Below the pieces are notes generated by a model that was not told the origin of the DNA, did not search any database, and saw only the letters and a list, made by a program, of their open reading frames with translations. A DNA stretch of 54,562 bases, counting the filler, from Sluysia triapertura (taxonomy: Eukaryota), in NCBI GenBank assembly GCA_046118255.1. It is 4 parts of 4 records of this genome, joined end to end, with 100 filler letters (N's around TTAATTAATTAA, not from the genome) between each part and the next. Parts side by side here need not be neighbours in the genome. Positions count along the whole stretch, not along the records: positions 29,756 to 41,352 come from JBJNIA010183024.1; positions 41,453 to 54,562 come from JBJNIA010058765.1; 2 more parts are not named here. The stretch is one strand, 5' to 3'. Both the position numbers and the translations under genes were made by a program. Within the stretch, counting starts at the first letter, position 1. The number at the start of each line of letters is the position of its first letter. Below, piece by piece: positions 39,350-51,607 of the stretch.

Positions 39350-39800
39350 ATTAGTGGAGGTATTGCGAACGAAGTAATGCTTTCTTGTAATGAACTAGTA
39401 TATCCAATTATTGATTTAAATAGTGGGGTTGATTCTCCACACATACTAAGAGTCGAGTGTCATAATGAGACTGATATATCATGGTCAGTCGCCGGCCATC
39501 CATACATTATAGAACTACACGACTCATATGACACCAACATGTACATGTCTATAGTTTTTAAATTATGTTCAAAAGATGAATTATTCGATCATTTAAATTC
39601 GTGTGTTACATTCTTTGAGAAGCGCGCAGGAACTATCGTACGTGTTATAAGAACGCGACTCGAAACCGGAAAATACCCTGCCGGGTGACAGCAATAGTAT
39701 TCAAGTGATAGATCTTGGTTTAGTTATCAAAGTAGGCGACGAACAAGATTTAAGAGGAATTTGTGGTTTGTTCGGGTACTCGGTCCCAGAGATCTTATCT
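39350..39800 (+). pseudogene. PHKG: Phosphorylase kinase gamma (PhK-gamma) kinase-domain pseudogene fragment
   Basis: NETDISWSVAGHPYIIELHDSYDTNMYMSIVFKLCSKDELFDHLNSCVTFFEKRAGTIVR, then shifted frames RDSKPENTLPGDSNSIQVIDLGFSYQ and VGDEQDLRGICGLFGYSVPEILS. These match PhK-gamma VSGHPxIIxL..GELFDYLTxxVTLSEK..RDLKPENILL..DFGFS..LREVCGTPxYLAPEI. No introns. Confidence 0.85.
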
Positions 39801-41230
39801 GTTGGTTATTGTAATATTTTTTTGTTATTATCCTACACAACCTAAGTCAACTGAGATGTGTGACTACATTATAGATTATGATATATGTCGTACATACGAC
39901 CTTTTTAGTTTTGTTAGCGAATATAATCTCTTCATTTGTTATTATTTTTTGAATAATTTTAAAATTTCAATTTGTAATGTAAAATTTAATAATGATCACA
40001 ATTTCTCTAATGATTTTGAATTAGGTAAACGTCATAACTATAAGGACCTTAAGTCCAATTTTTCTAATATTGAATTTATAATTTTTAATTCTAAAATCAT
40101 TAATAATAATACAACTCGACCATCACATTGACCTCTAGTTATTTTTGAGTGTAATTTAATAAAAAAAACTTAAATAATTTTAAAATTAACAATAACTAAA
40201 TGAAATATTTCCATTTCTTACGACTTTCTTGACTTGACTTGGAGTTTGATAATCATCATATCGGTTTGATTTTTAATGACATTAAAACTCTATATTGTAG
40301 AAAAATATCATTACAGTTCGAATTTCACTAAACTGATACTATATTATATACTAGTAGTAGTCATCAGCCAATAAGAATCGGTAGAGTAATATAGAACGTT
40401 TGAGAAACTTCTCTTCTATTTTTAGTGATAAGTTTATAAAATGTTTCTTTTTTCATCTTTTTTAATCATGACAATTATACATTTCTGCTTAAGAAGATCA
40501 AGATGTAATAGAAACTTCCAGCTCCATTTTGCTTAATTTTATTTAAACAAAAAAATAATATTCTAATTTTATTATTATTTAAAATATTATTAATTTATTA
40601 TTGCGCTATTTTATTATAAAGTATAGGTTTACATAACATTTAGTTTTAATATTGATCTTTTGATATTTATTCATTTTATGACTAAATATCCAATTTGAAT
40701 ATGTGTATTTCGTTTTTCTATTTGCATTCGAAAACTACTTTTATCAAATATATTGAATCAAATTCAAATAATTATCAAAAGATTTCTGAATATTTTTTCA
40801 TCAAATAACTTCAAAATTTAGCTAATTTTTTCAATGTGTAATTTATATTTAGAAATTATTTTTTAGAATTATTTATTTATTTACTTAAGTTTTCAATTTT
40901 AACGAACTGAACTGAATTTATGATACAATTCAGAAATTAATCATTGCTTTTCTCGCTTTACATTAACATAGTACAATATTTATAAATAATTTGTGAATAA
41001 AAGTGAAAATATTTAATTAAAATATTTTATTTTTATTATGCTTTAAAGACTGCTTCAACGATATCTAATCTAAATTCAACAAACAAACAATTTAATCTAG
41101 AAGAATACTTCTAAATATGCTTATTTAAATTAAATGTTGAATAAATATATTTATATGTAGAACTTATATTGTGCTAACAAAAATATGAAAAATCTTATAA
41201 AATCCTTCTGAATAATTTTTTATACATTAA

Positions 41231-41525
41231 CCTTTGTCCGTCAACCGAATGTAATTGTGACGTTTTAGTCAACCTGGGGGGGGGTAATTTTACCCCCCAG
41301 AATTTTTACCCACCGTTTACGTTAACGTAGTATTACATCATACTGAAGAGAGNNNNNNNNNNNNNNNNNNNNNNNNNNNNNNNNNNNNNNNNNNNNTTAA
41401 TTAATTAANNNNNNNNNNNNNNNNNNNNNNNNNNNNNNNNNNNNNNNNNNNNAAAATTCTGGGGGGTAAAATTACCCCCCAGGTTGACTAAAACGTCACA
41501 ATTACATTCGGTTGACGGACAAAGG
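41231..41525. mobile_element. piggyBac-type termini flanking an assembly join
   Basis: TTAA-CCTTTGTCCGTCAACCGAATG... and ...CATTCGGTTGACGGACAAAGG-TTAA. At least 73 bp of inverted repeat, identical apart from G-run length. Confidence 0.85.
41353..41452. other. Artificial assembly join
   Basis: 44 N + TTAATTAATTAA + 44 N. Confidence 0.95.
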
Positions 41526-41757
41526 TTAACTAAAAATGGTGATCTTATAAAATTGATCTCATCTTAACAAATTACACTGGTTACCCATATCACAAATGCT
41601 TACGCTATTATTTTTCCAAGATAATAAAAAAAGTTGAATTTGATTGATGTACGACGTTTTTATTTTAGTTGTTGTTATTCCAAGTAAACTCAGAAAAATT
41701 TAAATTACACAGTGGCACACTAATTACATATGAATATGTTCTAAATTAACTATTAAC

Positions 41758-44242
41758 CTTGATCTCGATCAAAATTCGGTTTATACCATAAATCTTCACA
41801 CGCTATTACATTTTGCAACGTTACAAAATGTTCTATGCCAGAATCATGACCTTCTCGGTATGACTCACCTCGAGTTTGCCAACTATTAGTAACAGTTTGT
41901 TGTTGCTGCTGTTGATACTGAGGTTGTATGTAGCCAGCACTCGTATTTGTAGTTCTCATAGTACTCGAATATCCAGTTTGTGCTGGACGCGGTCTGGTTG
42001 AATTCGAGAAAAAATGTCGTTCGTTAGACTCATATGCTTGGTTTACATTGCGAGCACTGAAATTTCATTAATTGAACAGTTATTGTGTAGTCAAATAAAA
42101 TAAAATAATTCAGATTATCATTTGCATTAATACATTATTATTTTTATTTTTCATTTAAACACTTATTTCCCTATGAATGTTGTAAAGTTGGTGCTGCATA
42201 AAGAATTGATAGATTAAATTCAATATTTCATAAAGTGAATAAAATGATAATCTAGATGAATACTGCAACGACGTTTAGAATATTACGATCAAGGAAGATT
42301 GCTAAATGAATAGTCGCGATTTACCCTATGATATTTCGAACAATTTTGAAGGTAAATCAAAATTGGTTCAGATTTAATACGATTTTGGACAGTTCGTATT
42401 ACTAATAATAACACGATGCAATAGAATATAAAGTAACATCAATTCACTTGAAAGTGTTAGTGCTGAAAATTTTAATGTGCAAAAATGCATTGTCTTTTCT
42501 TTTATTCGGGAAAATCCGATTTATGAAATCTACTACAACAAATATTATTTATTTATATATTATAAAATTGACTCACTTTCTTAGTGCAAGATTAGCTACT
42601 AATTAACATCAATATATAATTATTTACAAATAATATTTTATTTGGCATGTTGATAGAAAAGTAGCTAGTTTCAAATATAAACTATAAGTAAAAATATAGT
42701 TTATTTAATTTAGTATTCCAAACTATGTTAAGTAATTAAATTTAATGTTATAAAACAGTTTTCTATTTCATTTTTTAATTTATAGAAATAAAATTAGCTT
42801 ACATGAATGAAAATCTCACATTAATATAATTTTTGAATTGTTGAAAATATTAAACCAACCTTTGCACTTTATTGAGTCGATGAGCAGATATTGGCATAGT
42901 ACTATACATGTTCTGAGGCTGCAAATGACTCGTATGTTTATTTTCATCACGAAAGTAACTGGTTGATTTCATCGTGTTTGTTGCGTCGATAACTGAAATT
43001 TTAAAAACAATCAATAATAACAATAATAATAAAGGGATTCCACCCTTATTTCATGGATTGTTAATTTAAAATTTAAATTTAAATTTTGTAAAACTGAAAT
43101 ATTAAAAATCAAGCCACAGATATACTTGAGATATCAATGCAATTTGAAAATTTTTTTGATATTTCAGATTTAATAATAATAATAATAATCATAATATATT
43201 AATTTATAATGCACTCATTTACTGCAAAGTAAGTACTCAAAAACGTTTAAGGTAAATCATTCACCATAATATTTCTGAAACAGAAAGAATTTGTCCTTTC
43301 ATAATCTTCCAGTACTTTGACATTCTCTGGTAACTGGTTGTATATTTTTGAAACATAAACTATTACCTAGCTTATTATCACTGTGGATTCTGTATAGATT
43401 ATCACGCCTCAATGAAATATTCATCTTAGTTTCCAATTTTTTATTATTTCTGAAAGACATAATGTAAGCATTTGTAAATTATTGTCATGATTTTGAATTC
43501 AATTCTTGGCAACCAATGATTAATGACACTTTTCAAAAAGTTCGAAATATTATCCAGCACAATTCATGCAGAAATAATAACAGAATTATTTATTATTCGT
43601 TGATTATAGATAAATCGATCATAAACATACTGAACAAGAGAATTAAGCATTAATTCAGATTTGAAAATATAAGATTAATTGAAAACATTTAGAATTTTGA
43701 CTTAGAATTTATATAAGTTTAAAAGAAGTTACTGTGCTACAATTATTAATTCAAAAAATTTAGTGAATTAAATCGAACATTAAATAAATTTGTGCATTCC
43801 CATCGCTATGAACAGCGACAAATTCGAAAACAACCTTTAAGAAATTATAATTTTAATAACACTCGATATAACTGCAAATGAAATTTATTTGTTGCAGTTT
43901 GAATTTACACATTTAAAAGCATCTATAACCCGATCTATAAAAATGTAAAACCTTTAAAGCAAAACTTAATGATCATAATAATTAAGAACAGTTTTGATAA
44001 CAGTTGTTAACTTTACACCACCAGATAAAGATAGATTTTTGTAAGTTATAAATAAAACATATTTTTATTTAGAGTATTAAAATTTAAACATTATGTACCA
44101 CGAAAGAACACTTACTCCTAGGTGTTTGTGCACGACTTATAGGTCGACTTAAAGTTACTCCACTGGCCAAATCCTGCACACCTTTACCAATTGGTTGTAG
44201 AGTTATTGTTTCTACCTCTTCTGTTGTTTCATTGGTTCTTCT
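41758..44242 (-). CDS. TNS: Tensin-like gene, three internal exons (44242-44116, 42992-42860, 42056-41758) leading into the SH2 domain
   Basis: All three exons have AG/GT boundaries with compatible phases (0/1, 1/2, 2/1) and are stop-free. The last ends CEDLWYKPNFDRDQ(G|gt), matching the tensin SH2 start WYKPxISREQA. Confidence 0.75.
43195..43520 (-). mobile_element. L2 LINE 3' remnant inside a tensin-like intron
   Basis: Reads HWLPRIEF..IIYKCLH..YNQLPENVKVL. Nucleotide similarity to 18556-18790 and 1402-1465. Confidence 0.75.
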
Positions 44243-44479
44243 CTGGAATTATAATGAAAATGATTTTATTTAAAATGATTATTTATTTTATAACAATAAT
44301 AACAATAATTTGACTCTTGGGTTGTCATCACAACCCTTTTTAAAATTTAAAACAATACTTAAAAACAATTTACTGTACTAAATTAACCTCATTTTTCAAT
44401 AAAATAACTTATTTTCTAAAAAAGAAATTTCCTTACTAAAAATAGAAAAGAAGTTTCGAAAACATTCGATTTCCATTGG

Positions 44480-45065
44480 TTGATTGTGGTGGCCAACCTA
44501 TTACTTTTAACAAATTTTATTAAATTTTTTTCTTTTTAATACAACAAAAATCACATTCACCTTCAAAATCATATTTTAAAAACTCATTATAAACATTTTC
44601 ATACATATTTCAATACCAACATAACCAAAATCATACTTTTCAACATCACACAATTACCATTTAGAAGGTACCAAAACATAGGCTATAATTTATCATCTTC
44701 GCATCCATTAAACTACTCTCTTTTAAATATATTTGTAAATCACAACCTTTTAACATCCAAACATCACTTTCATTTAAAACATCAATGTATATTTAGAAAT
44801 TCACATAAAACATTCATATTATTTTAGAATACTTACATCATACAGCTAAAAACATTAAATAGCATTTAAAACATTTTACGCATTATCTTATAACATTAGA
44901 GTCACAATTACATCTTTAAATTTTATCGAAAATGCGTAACAGGAATTTCAAACTCTATAAGTTCACAATTCTTTAATTCACACAACTTCAAATATGTTTA
45001 GAAATAATGAAAGAATTAGAAAGAAAGTTTGTGATATAATTTTTGAAAGGATTTGTGCAGTTTAT
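44480..45065 (+). mobile_element. Decayed L1/Tx1-like RT tract (leader of copy D)
   Basis: TGTGGTGGCCAAC at 44485-44497, similarity to 7490-8000, and ends ERIRKKVCDIIFERICAVYN (about RIxxxxVCxPKxEGGLGVxN). Confidence 0.5.
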
Positions 45066-45141
45066 AATAATAATAGTGATAATAATTATGACATTATTAT
45101 TATTATTATTATCATTTTTATTTTTATTATTTTAGTAATTA

Positions 45142-45297
45142 CTACTAGCAATGGTGACACTATTGCTTACTATGTATAAATTCTTGTCACAATTGATAGC
45201 GGATTGCCTGTAAATCTTATTCATTTTTATGTTATTAATATCTGTCCAACCAGAGTGATTGTTTTCATTATTTTATACCTCTGGTTGGACAGCCAAT
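45142..45297 (+). other. Double-hairpin module, copy D
   Basis: IR 45142-45159/45185-45202 (GTGACA/TGTCAC core) and a perfect 14-bp IR CTGTCCAACCAGAG/CTCTGGTTGGACAG (45242-45255/45279-45292), then CCAAT. Confidence 0.8.
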
Positions 45298-45454
45298 CTC
45301 AACAGTTAAAAAATTTTTATTTGACTTATTGTCATTAAAAATTAGCTCAATCAATATCATAGCGGTAAAAAAATTAATATTTCACTATTGACGCTTAATG
45401 CACATGAACGAGGAAACAAATTATTCTCAATTATCAAATGTTCATATAAACAAT

Positions 45455-46260
45455 ATGTCGAAATTTTCAAATATTTCAATCAGTATTAATGTTCCATTAC
45501 TTCAAAATGAGCCTGATTTATTAAATCAAAATCTTCATTAAATATCCGAAACATTAAAGAGAGCACAAAATAAAGTGAATTTAAAAAAATAGAAAATCCT
45601 AGTTTAGTTTCTAAAGAAGTGCCTTCAACACAAGAAGTTATTAAAGTTACATTGATTTCATTAGGAAATAATCAACATGTTTTATTAAGTGAGCAGTCGA
45701 ATTTAGAGAGTTTGTTGACTGGTGTAAGCAATCCAGGAGTTAAATCATGCAGTCAAATTTTGCCTTTACACCAATTAACTACATCAAATACATCAAATCT
45801 TGAATCTATACAGAAAGTATTACCAACTTTAGATTTGTTTAATGCTGGAAATTTGAATTTATCGAATGTAAGCAATTATTTTTCACATAGCACATCGTTA
45901 AATACATATAATTCTCTAAATTCATTATTAAATATTGTTCAAAAATCTTTAACAAATGTGAATACTGAAGATATGGTACATTTGGTATTCTAACAACGAA
46001 TATAAGCATAAAGTTAATCTTAAATAAAGCTCGACAAATTAACTCATCTAAGTTAAACAAGAATGATTAAAATAAATGTAAAAATAGCTCTGAGAACTGT
46101 CAAGTATATCAATATACCGATTCTCGTAATGAACAAATTCCTAATAATGTATTAATTTAATATCTTTCCAACAGATCACTGTTGATTCAATTCGATACAA
46201 ATACATCCATGACTTGCCAACTCCAAAAATATTTGACAACATTGGTCCCATTAATAATTA
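45455..46260 (+). pseudogene. Decayed S/N/L-rich coding tract (cargo of copy D)
   Basis: ATG at 45455 (MSKFSNISISINVPLLQNEPDLL), a stop and frameshift, then ORF 45619-45993. No family recognised. Confidence 0.5.
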
Positions 46261-49082
46261 CAGGGTAAATATTTATTGTGATGACATTAAAGATAATTTA
46301 ACTTTAAATTCTTTTTTAGATCATGAGACATGGTTACCAAAATTTTGCATATAATCTATATTTAGAAAATATATATAAAAATCTAATTGTGTATAATTAT
46401 ATTTAATTGTGTATAATAATTATGTTGATAATCAATATCTATATAAAAATCTATGTTAATAATCAATATCTATGTAGAATAATAATTGATCAAAAAATAT
46501 GATCTTTCAAACTACGTTCTAAAAATAAATTTTAATACATTTTGTTTTAAAATAAATAATTTTGTTAAGATATTTTAATATTAATTGCAAAAATATTTAA
46601 ACTTCTAATTTTAACTGTAATATTTAAATTTTAATTTGGTATTATTATTACTATTATTATTATTGTTTTTATTTTTATTTCTTTAAATACACTAAATTTC
46701 AAAAGGTAAGTCAAGGTGACAAATTTTAGTATATAAGACGTTACATAAATCACATAATACACACAGCACAATTTGTATACTTCACAATTGACAACACGTA
46801 ATTCAAAATTCGTAACGTACAATTTTTCAATTCACAATTCACAATACACAATCAAGGATAATTTTTAAATTTTGAAGCAGTATCGTCAAATCTTGTATAG
46901 CAGACAAATTTTAGCTTTGCGAAGGAATTTATTTATATGTTAAATACGTTAGTTTTTCTTGTAAGTTATTACAGTTTTAATTGTTTGTAAATTCTGTTGT
47001 ATAATATTTTATTTTCAAATCCCCTTTTTTAAGAAGGAGGAAAAGTCTTTAAATTAGATTATATTATAATCTGAAAAATATTATAATTGTCTTCTGTTAT
47101 ATTTTATATTTCAATTTTATATAATTTATTTAATAAATATTTTTACTTGGAAACTTTTAAGTTTATTCAATGATTTTAAGGTCCCCGATTTTATTCGGAG
47201 GTAACGTATTACATTAAAATTTTGAAAATAATCGAATAAAGTAATTAATGTACGCCGTTCTTACACGGTGGGAAACTACAGGTAAAATACTTTTGAAGTT
47301 TTGTTAATTTTCAGTTAATTAAATAACCAATTTGCTAACATAGAAATACAGATTTCTGCATTATTAAGTTTTCATTCTGCTAAGAAAAAATCTGTTTGAG
47401 AACCTCCATAATTTTCTTCTAAGATACTGCCTGCAACTTAGCCCTTAAGTGTGTAAGTCTAAGATTGTTGGGAACTCACGTCAAGAATAAATAAAATTTT
47501 CTTTACCTCTTCACATCCTGCTTTTTTTAACACTGTGATAGTAATTATGATAACAATAACTACAAATTTATGGTAATTATACATTCGACCGTGTTTATGT
47601 TTTGAATGTATCGAGTAACTTATTTAGCATTTTATATATGAAGTGTTGATTCGTGATTGTTATGTGTAGATGTGGATTTGGAGGGTTTTTTTCTTTTAGT
47701 ATTAAAAATGTAAAACTTTATGATTAGTCTGTTAACTAAATTTATTAACATATTTATATTTTCGTTTATTAAAAAATATTATCAAAATATTAAACTTTTT
47801 AGCAACTGATAAACAATTTAACGAAATAGGCTTAATGCTCTCAAACAATAAATGTGATTTTAAAACCAAACCAGCAAAGCTTAATTTTTTATTAGATACA
47901 AAAAAGCAGAAAAATAGCTAAATCATCAAATATGAATAATAAATGATAAGTTATAACATGTTTTGTACTTCAGATGGTCGTAAATGCTTCGTTCTAACAT
48001 TAAAATTGTTACCGAGGTTGGATTCTACTGCCAAACAATCCAAACACATTTGCATAACATAATAAAAATACTATTAGAAGACATTTAATCAGATTCATAA
48101 CATTAATATCATTTAGCTAATAAAAAATCAATATGATAATTTTTTATTTAATTATTATTAATTTATTATTCATTTATTTTATATTTTCAGATTAACATAG
48201 TGATGGATTGTGAAACAAACAATAAAACTCAACACAAATGAAAAATATCAAAATAAAATCCTCAACTTTCATTTTGTCCAAGATGTACTACTAACAATAT
48301 TTTGAAATAATGCATGAATTAACCACTTTTATAAAAACAGTATGTGTACGTATCGTAATTAAAATATTTAACGAATAATAGGATTACTATGAAATTAATT
48401 TTATTGCATCACCAAAAGTTAACATAATAAAAATATTTGTAAATAAAAATCATTTAAGTATATTTTCATTTTATTTTAATTTTTATTGTTATTGTTAACC
48501 AAGTTGCACTGTTTACTTTTGTCATTTGACGTAAAAATAAAATTGATCGAAATATAAAATGCTCATTTTAATGACATGTTTAATTACAAATGACAACTAT
48601 TTATTAGATATGTAAAAAGAATTGCAAAACTATCTATATAAAAAATTATACAGTTATTATTATGAATATTAATAAATATACACTTGAATAAAATTAAAAT
48701 TCGATACTAGAAAACGTTGAAAAATAAAATTTGCAATAAAGTGATACCATTTTTCAAATGAATCGTTCTGAAAACCAATCAAAGTTGTTATAAAAGACAA
48801 CAAAAATATATATACAGTGATTATAAAATCACAATTAACATCATCAAGTGTAATTTGTTCGATATATTGTGATATAATTTCGACATTGAAAACGAAGACA
48901 TTATTTAGAAAGCAATTATTTTATCGCTAAAATAAATTTTATATTATTATTATTATTAATTTTCAGTGTAAAATAATACGATAAAATTTAATAAGATTTT
49001 ATTTAATAGATTAGTCACTTTTATGTTTTGTTACTAGTCAAATTGACTAGACTTTCAATATGTCAAAAATAATTTTAGGGTT

Positions 49083-49991
49083 TTTACTTTTTCACTTTAA
49101 TGATGCACATAAATCTTCTCAAAGTATCACATGCTTTTTCGAAACTCATTTGTTTATAAAGTTCTTGATTGGTGCCTATTTTCAGTTCAACTTGTGCTTT
49201 TGCTTTTCTTTTTAAAATCTCTGATATTTCCTTGAGCCTCTTTACATATCTATGGATGTCTTTTTTAATCTTTTTAATAATTCAGTTATTGTATCAAGCT
49301 GAATTGTAAATTCATCTTCGTCTACTTCAGAATTCCATATCTCATCTAATGATTGGATAAATAAGTTCACATAAGGTTGTTTTCTACTTTAAAACGTATG
49401 AATGTTATAAATTTTAATTTTGAATGGGCCAGTAGCTCTTTCTAAATTTATGTCGTGCTTTTGAATAGTGCCAATAGAAATAAAATGACCAGATTCACAC
49501 ATACATAAATATATACAAATTCATACAAACAAAAAAAGAAATAAAATGAAAGGTGATGCGTAAAATGAAATAGTAATGATAGTAATGTTAACAATGATAT
49601 AATTGTTATATTTTAAAATGATGATGTTGATGATATCGTGATGTTATTATAAGAGTTACTAGATGATAATCATTATAATCATATTATATAACAATAACGG
49701 TAATAATTATTATATATTTTAATACGATTGGGTTTATAATAACATTAACTATAGTTTATGATAATTATGTACAATGACTACATTTTGTTGTTTGAATGAG
49801 TCAAGTAGTTTATTTAGTGTTCTGTGTATGTAAGAAATGTTTTTATGTAATGAAGTTTTGACATTTTGATATGATTTCCCTGCAATGGAGTTCATTACAA
49901 TGACGAGGTAGTGATAAACAATATCGTAATGTGGATTATATATATTATTTTTTCTGTGTAATTTTTCTTTTATTCCTTTTTTATAATGCAA
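49083..49991 (-). pseudogene. Decayed coiled-coil-like coding tract (cargo of degenerate copy E)
   Basis: 49505-49083 reads nearly open (LFIQSLDEIWNSEVDEDEFTIQLDTITELLKRLKK / DIHRYVKRLKEISEILKRK) with one stop and one frameshift. ORF 49749-49991 lies upstream. Confidence 0.45.
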
Positions 49992-50229
49992 TTTTTTCGT
50001 TTTACACTCATCAAATTTTTATTTTCAAAACTTTTTAATTCCATAATTTATAGGTGCATAACTTTTTCTCTTATCATGTTGGCAGATTACCTGCATACGA
50101 TGAATGATGACAAAGTATGTACTACTTATTGGCTTGACAGCCATTATGATTTTTATATGTAATTTTAATTAACATATTTATTATTGTCATTATTATTATC
50201 ACTATTAAAATATAATTGATTCTTTCTTT

Positions 50230-51000
50230 TTCTTCTTCCTTTTCTTGGGATAAACATTATATTGACATCAAAATTCAAACACTGCGGATGAAAATGGATA
50301 AATAAGATATTTTAAATAAGTTTATGAGTAAAGAATATTTTCGTGGAAATAATTTATTGAAATTGAGAGGTTTGAAGGGTGTTTGAGTAAATAAGTCGTG
50401 GAAGGATTGATTTGAAAATATATAAGTGTCACAATGAAGTATGTGGGACAATCAAGATAATGAATTTATGTGGTAATTTGGTATGTTAAGAATTATTAGC
50501 CTTGTGGAATGATTACGCAATCTAGAATTGTCGAATTTATAAGATAAGTGAACGATTAGAAAATTTTTGAATCGAATATATATATACAAAATGGTCTAAC
50601 ATAAAATAATTGTTTTTTGATAATCTTGTTATTTATTTGTAAGGATGAAAATAATATTAAGCTATTATTGTTGTCAATGTTCAAAGATGAATATTTGAAA
50701 TTGCTGGAAATTGTTGTTGGTGAGTTGAGTTTTCTGAAAATATTAAGTGATTATTGTATTCTGTAATGGGTTTTATCAATTGTTGAAGGTCATTGTTGAT
50801 GGCATCGTATGATTTATTTAAAGATTGTATATTTGTGTTGGAAAGGTAGTTTGTGGAATTGAGCGGAGTCGTGATGACAAAATTATGAATTAGCAGTTGG
50901 GTCAGCACAATTTTCCCAAATAGATGAAAATCTATTTTTAAATATAATAAAATAAAAATTAAAGGCGGTTCCAATGATAGGTAGAAAATCAATTTTACTT
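50230..51000 (-). mobile_element. Decayed L1/Tx1-like RT tract (leader of copy E)
   Basis: IFYLSLEPPLIFILLYLKIDFHLFGKIVLTQ resembles LFxLxLEPLLxxI..I.G..L.G..V. Followed on the minus strand by AATAGTGATAATAATAATGACA, as in copy D (AATAGTGATAATAATTATGACA). Confidence 0.5.
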
Positions 51001-51364
51001 AAAATATAATAACATAAAAATAAAATTAAAATGTCATCCAATACATGGATCTTCATTAAAGCGTCATAAACATTGATTAAATCAGTATTATGCTATAACT
51101 GTTATTGTGTTAAAATCTTTTAACTATTCCTTTTAATATTTTCTAATTTTCTAATAATTTTGAGTTCTACAATCTAATATTCTTTCAGACAAATTATTGG
51201 ATCCTCCTTTGAGGATTAAACCGATAGTAACAATTATTAGCTACGGAACATAAAAATTTGATCACTATTTTCTTCTACTCTATTTTTACTTCTCGATTTA
51301 AAATAACAATCATAACATTAGTTTTTAAAATTCAATTGATTTTTCTAATGAAAAATGTTTAAGG

Positions 51365-51607
51365 TTCTTATTTTAAAACAAATCGTTTTATGGACATTTG
51401 CTCCGTGTTATGCTCACCGTTTTATTATAATTCCGTGGATATTGATAACATCTTCCACGTTTCTTAGGCAGATCTATTCGCTCAGTTCATGTTATATTAA
51501 TTTGACAAGTAACAATATATACTGAGAGTTAAAATGCTTAAACACGTAACTAGTGGCAATTTTGCAAAAACATACAAATAATAAGACCCTGAATGGGAAT
51601 TTAAGGG
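51365..51607 (-). mobile_element. Internally deleted piggyBac remnant
   Basis: Terminus TTAA-CCCTT on the minus strand (51611-51603). Reads KKRGRCYQYPRNYNKTVSITRSKCP..TICF, a decayed piggyBac C-terminal Cys-rich domain. Confidence 0.6.

Noticed and set aside
2960-46260. Alternative genetic code or programmed frameshifting to explain the interrupted ORFs
   Set aside because: All three stop types, frameshifts, deletions and catalytic-residue losses co-occur, while the tensin exons are clean in the standard code.
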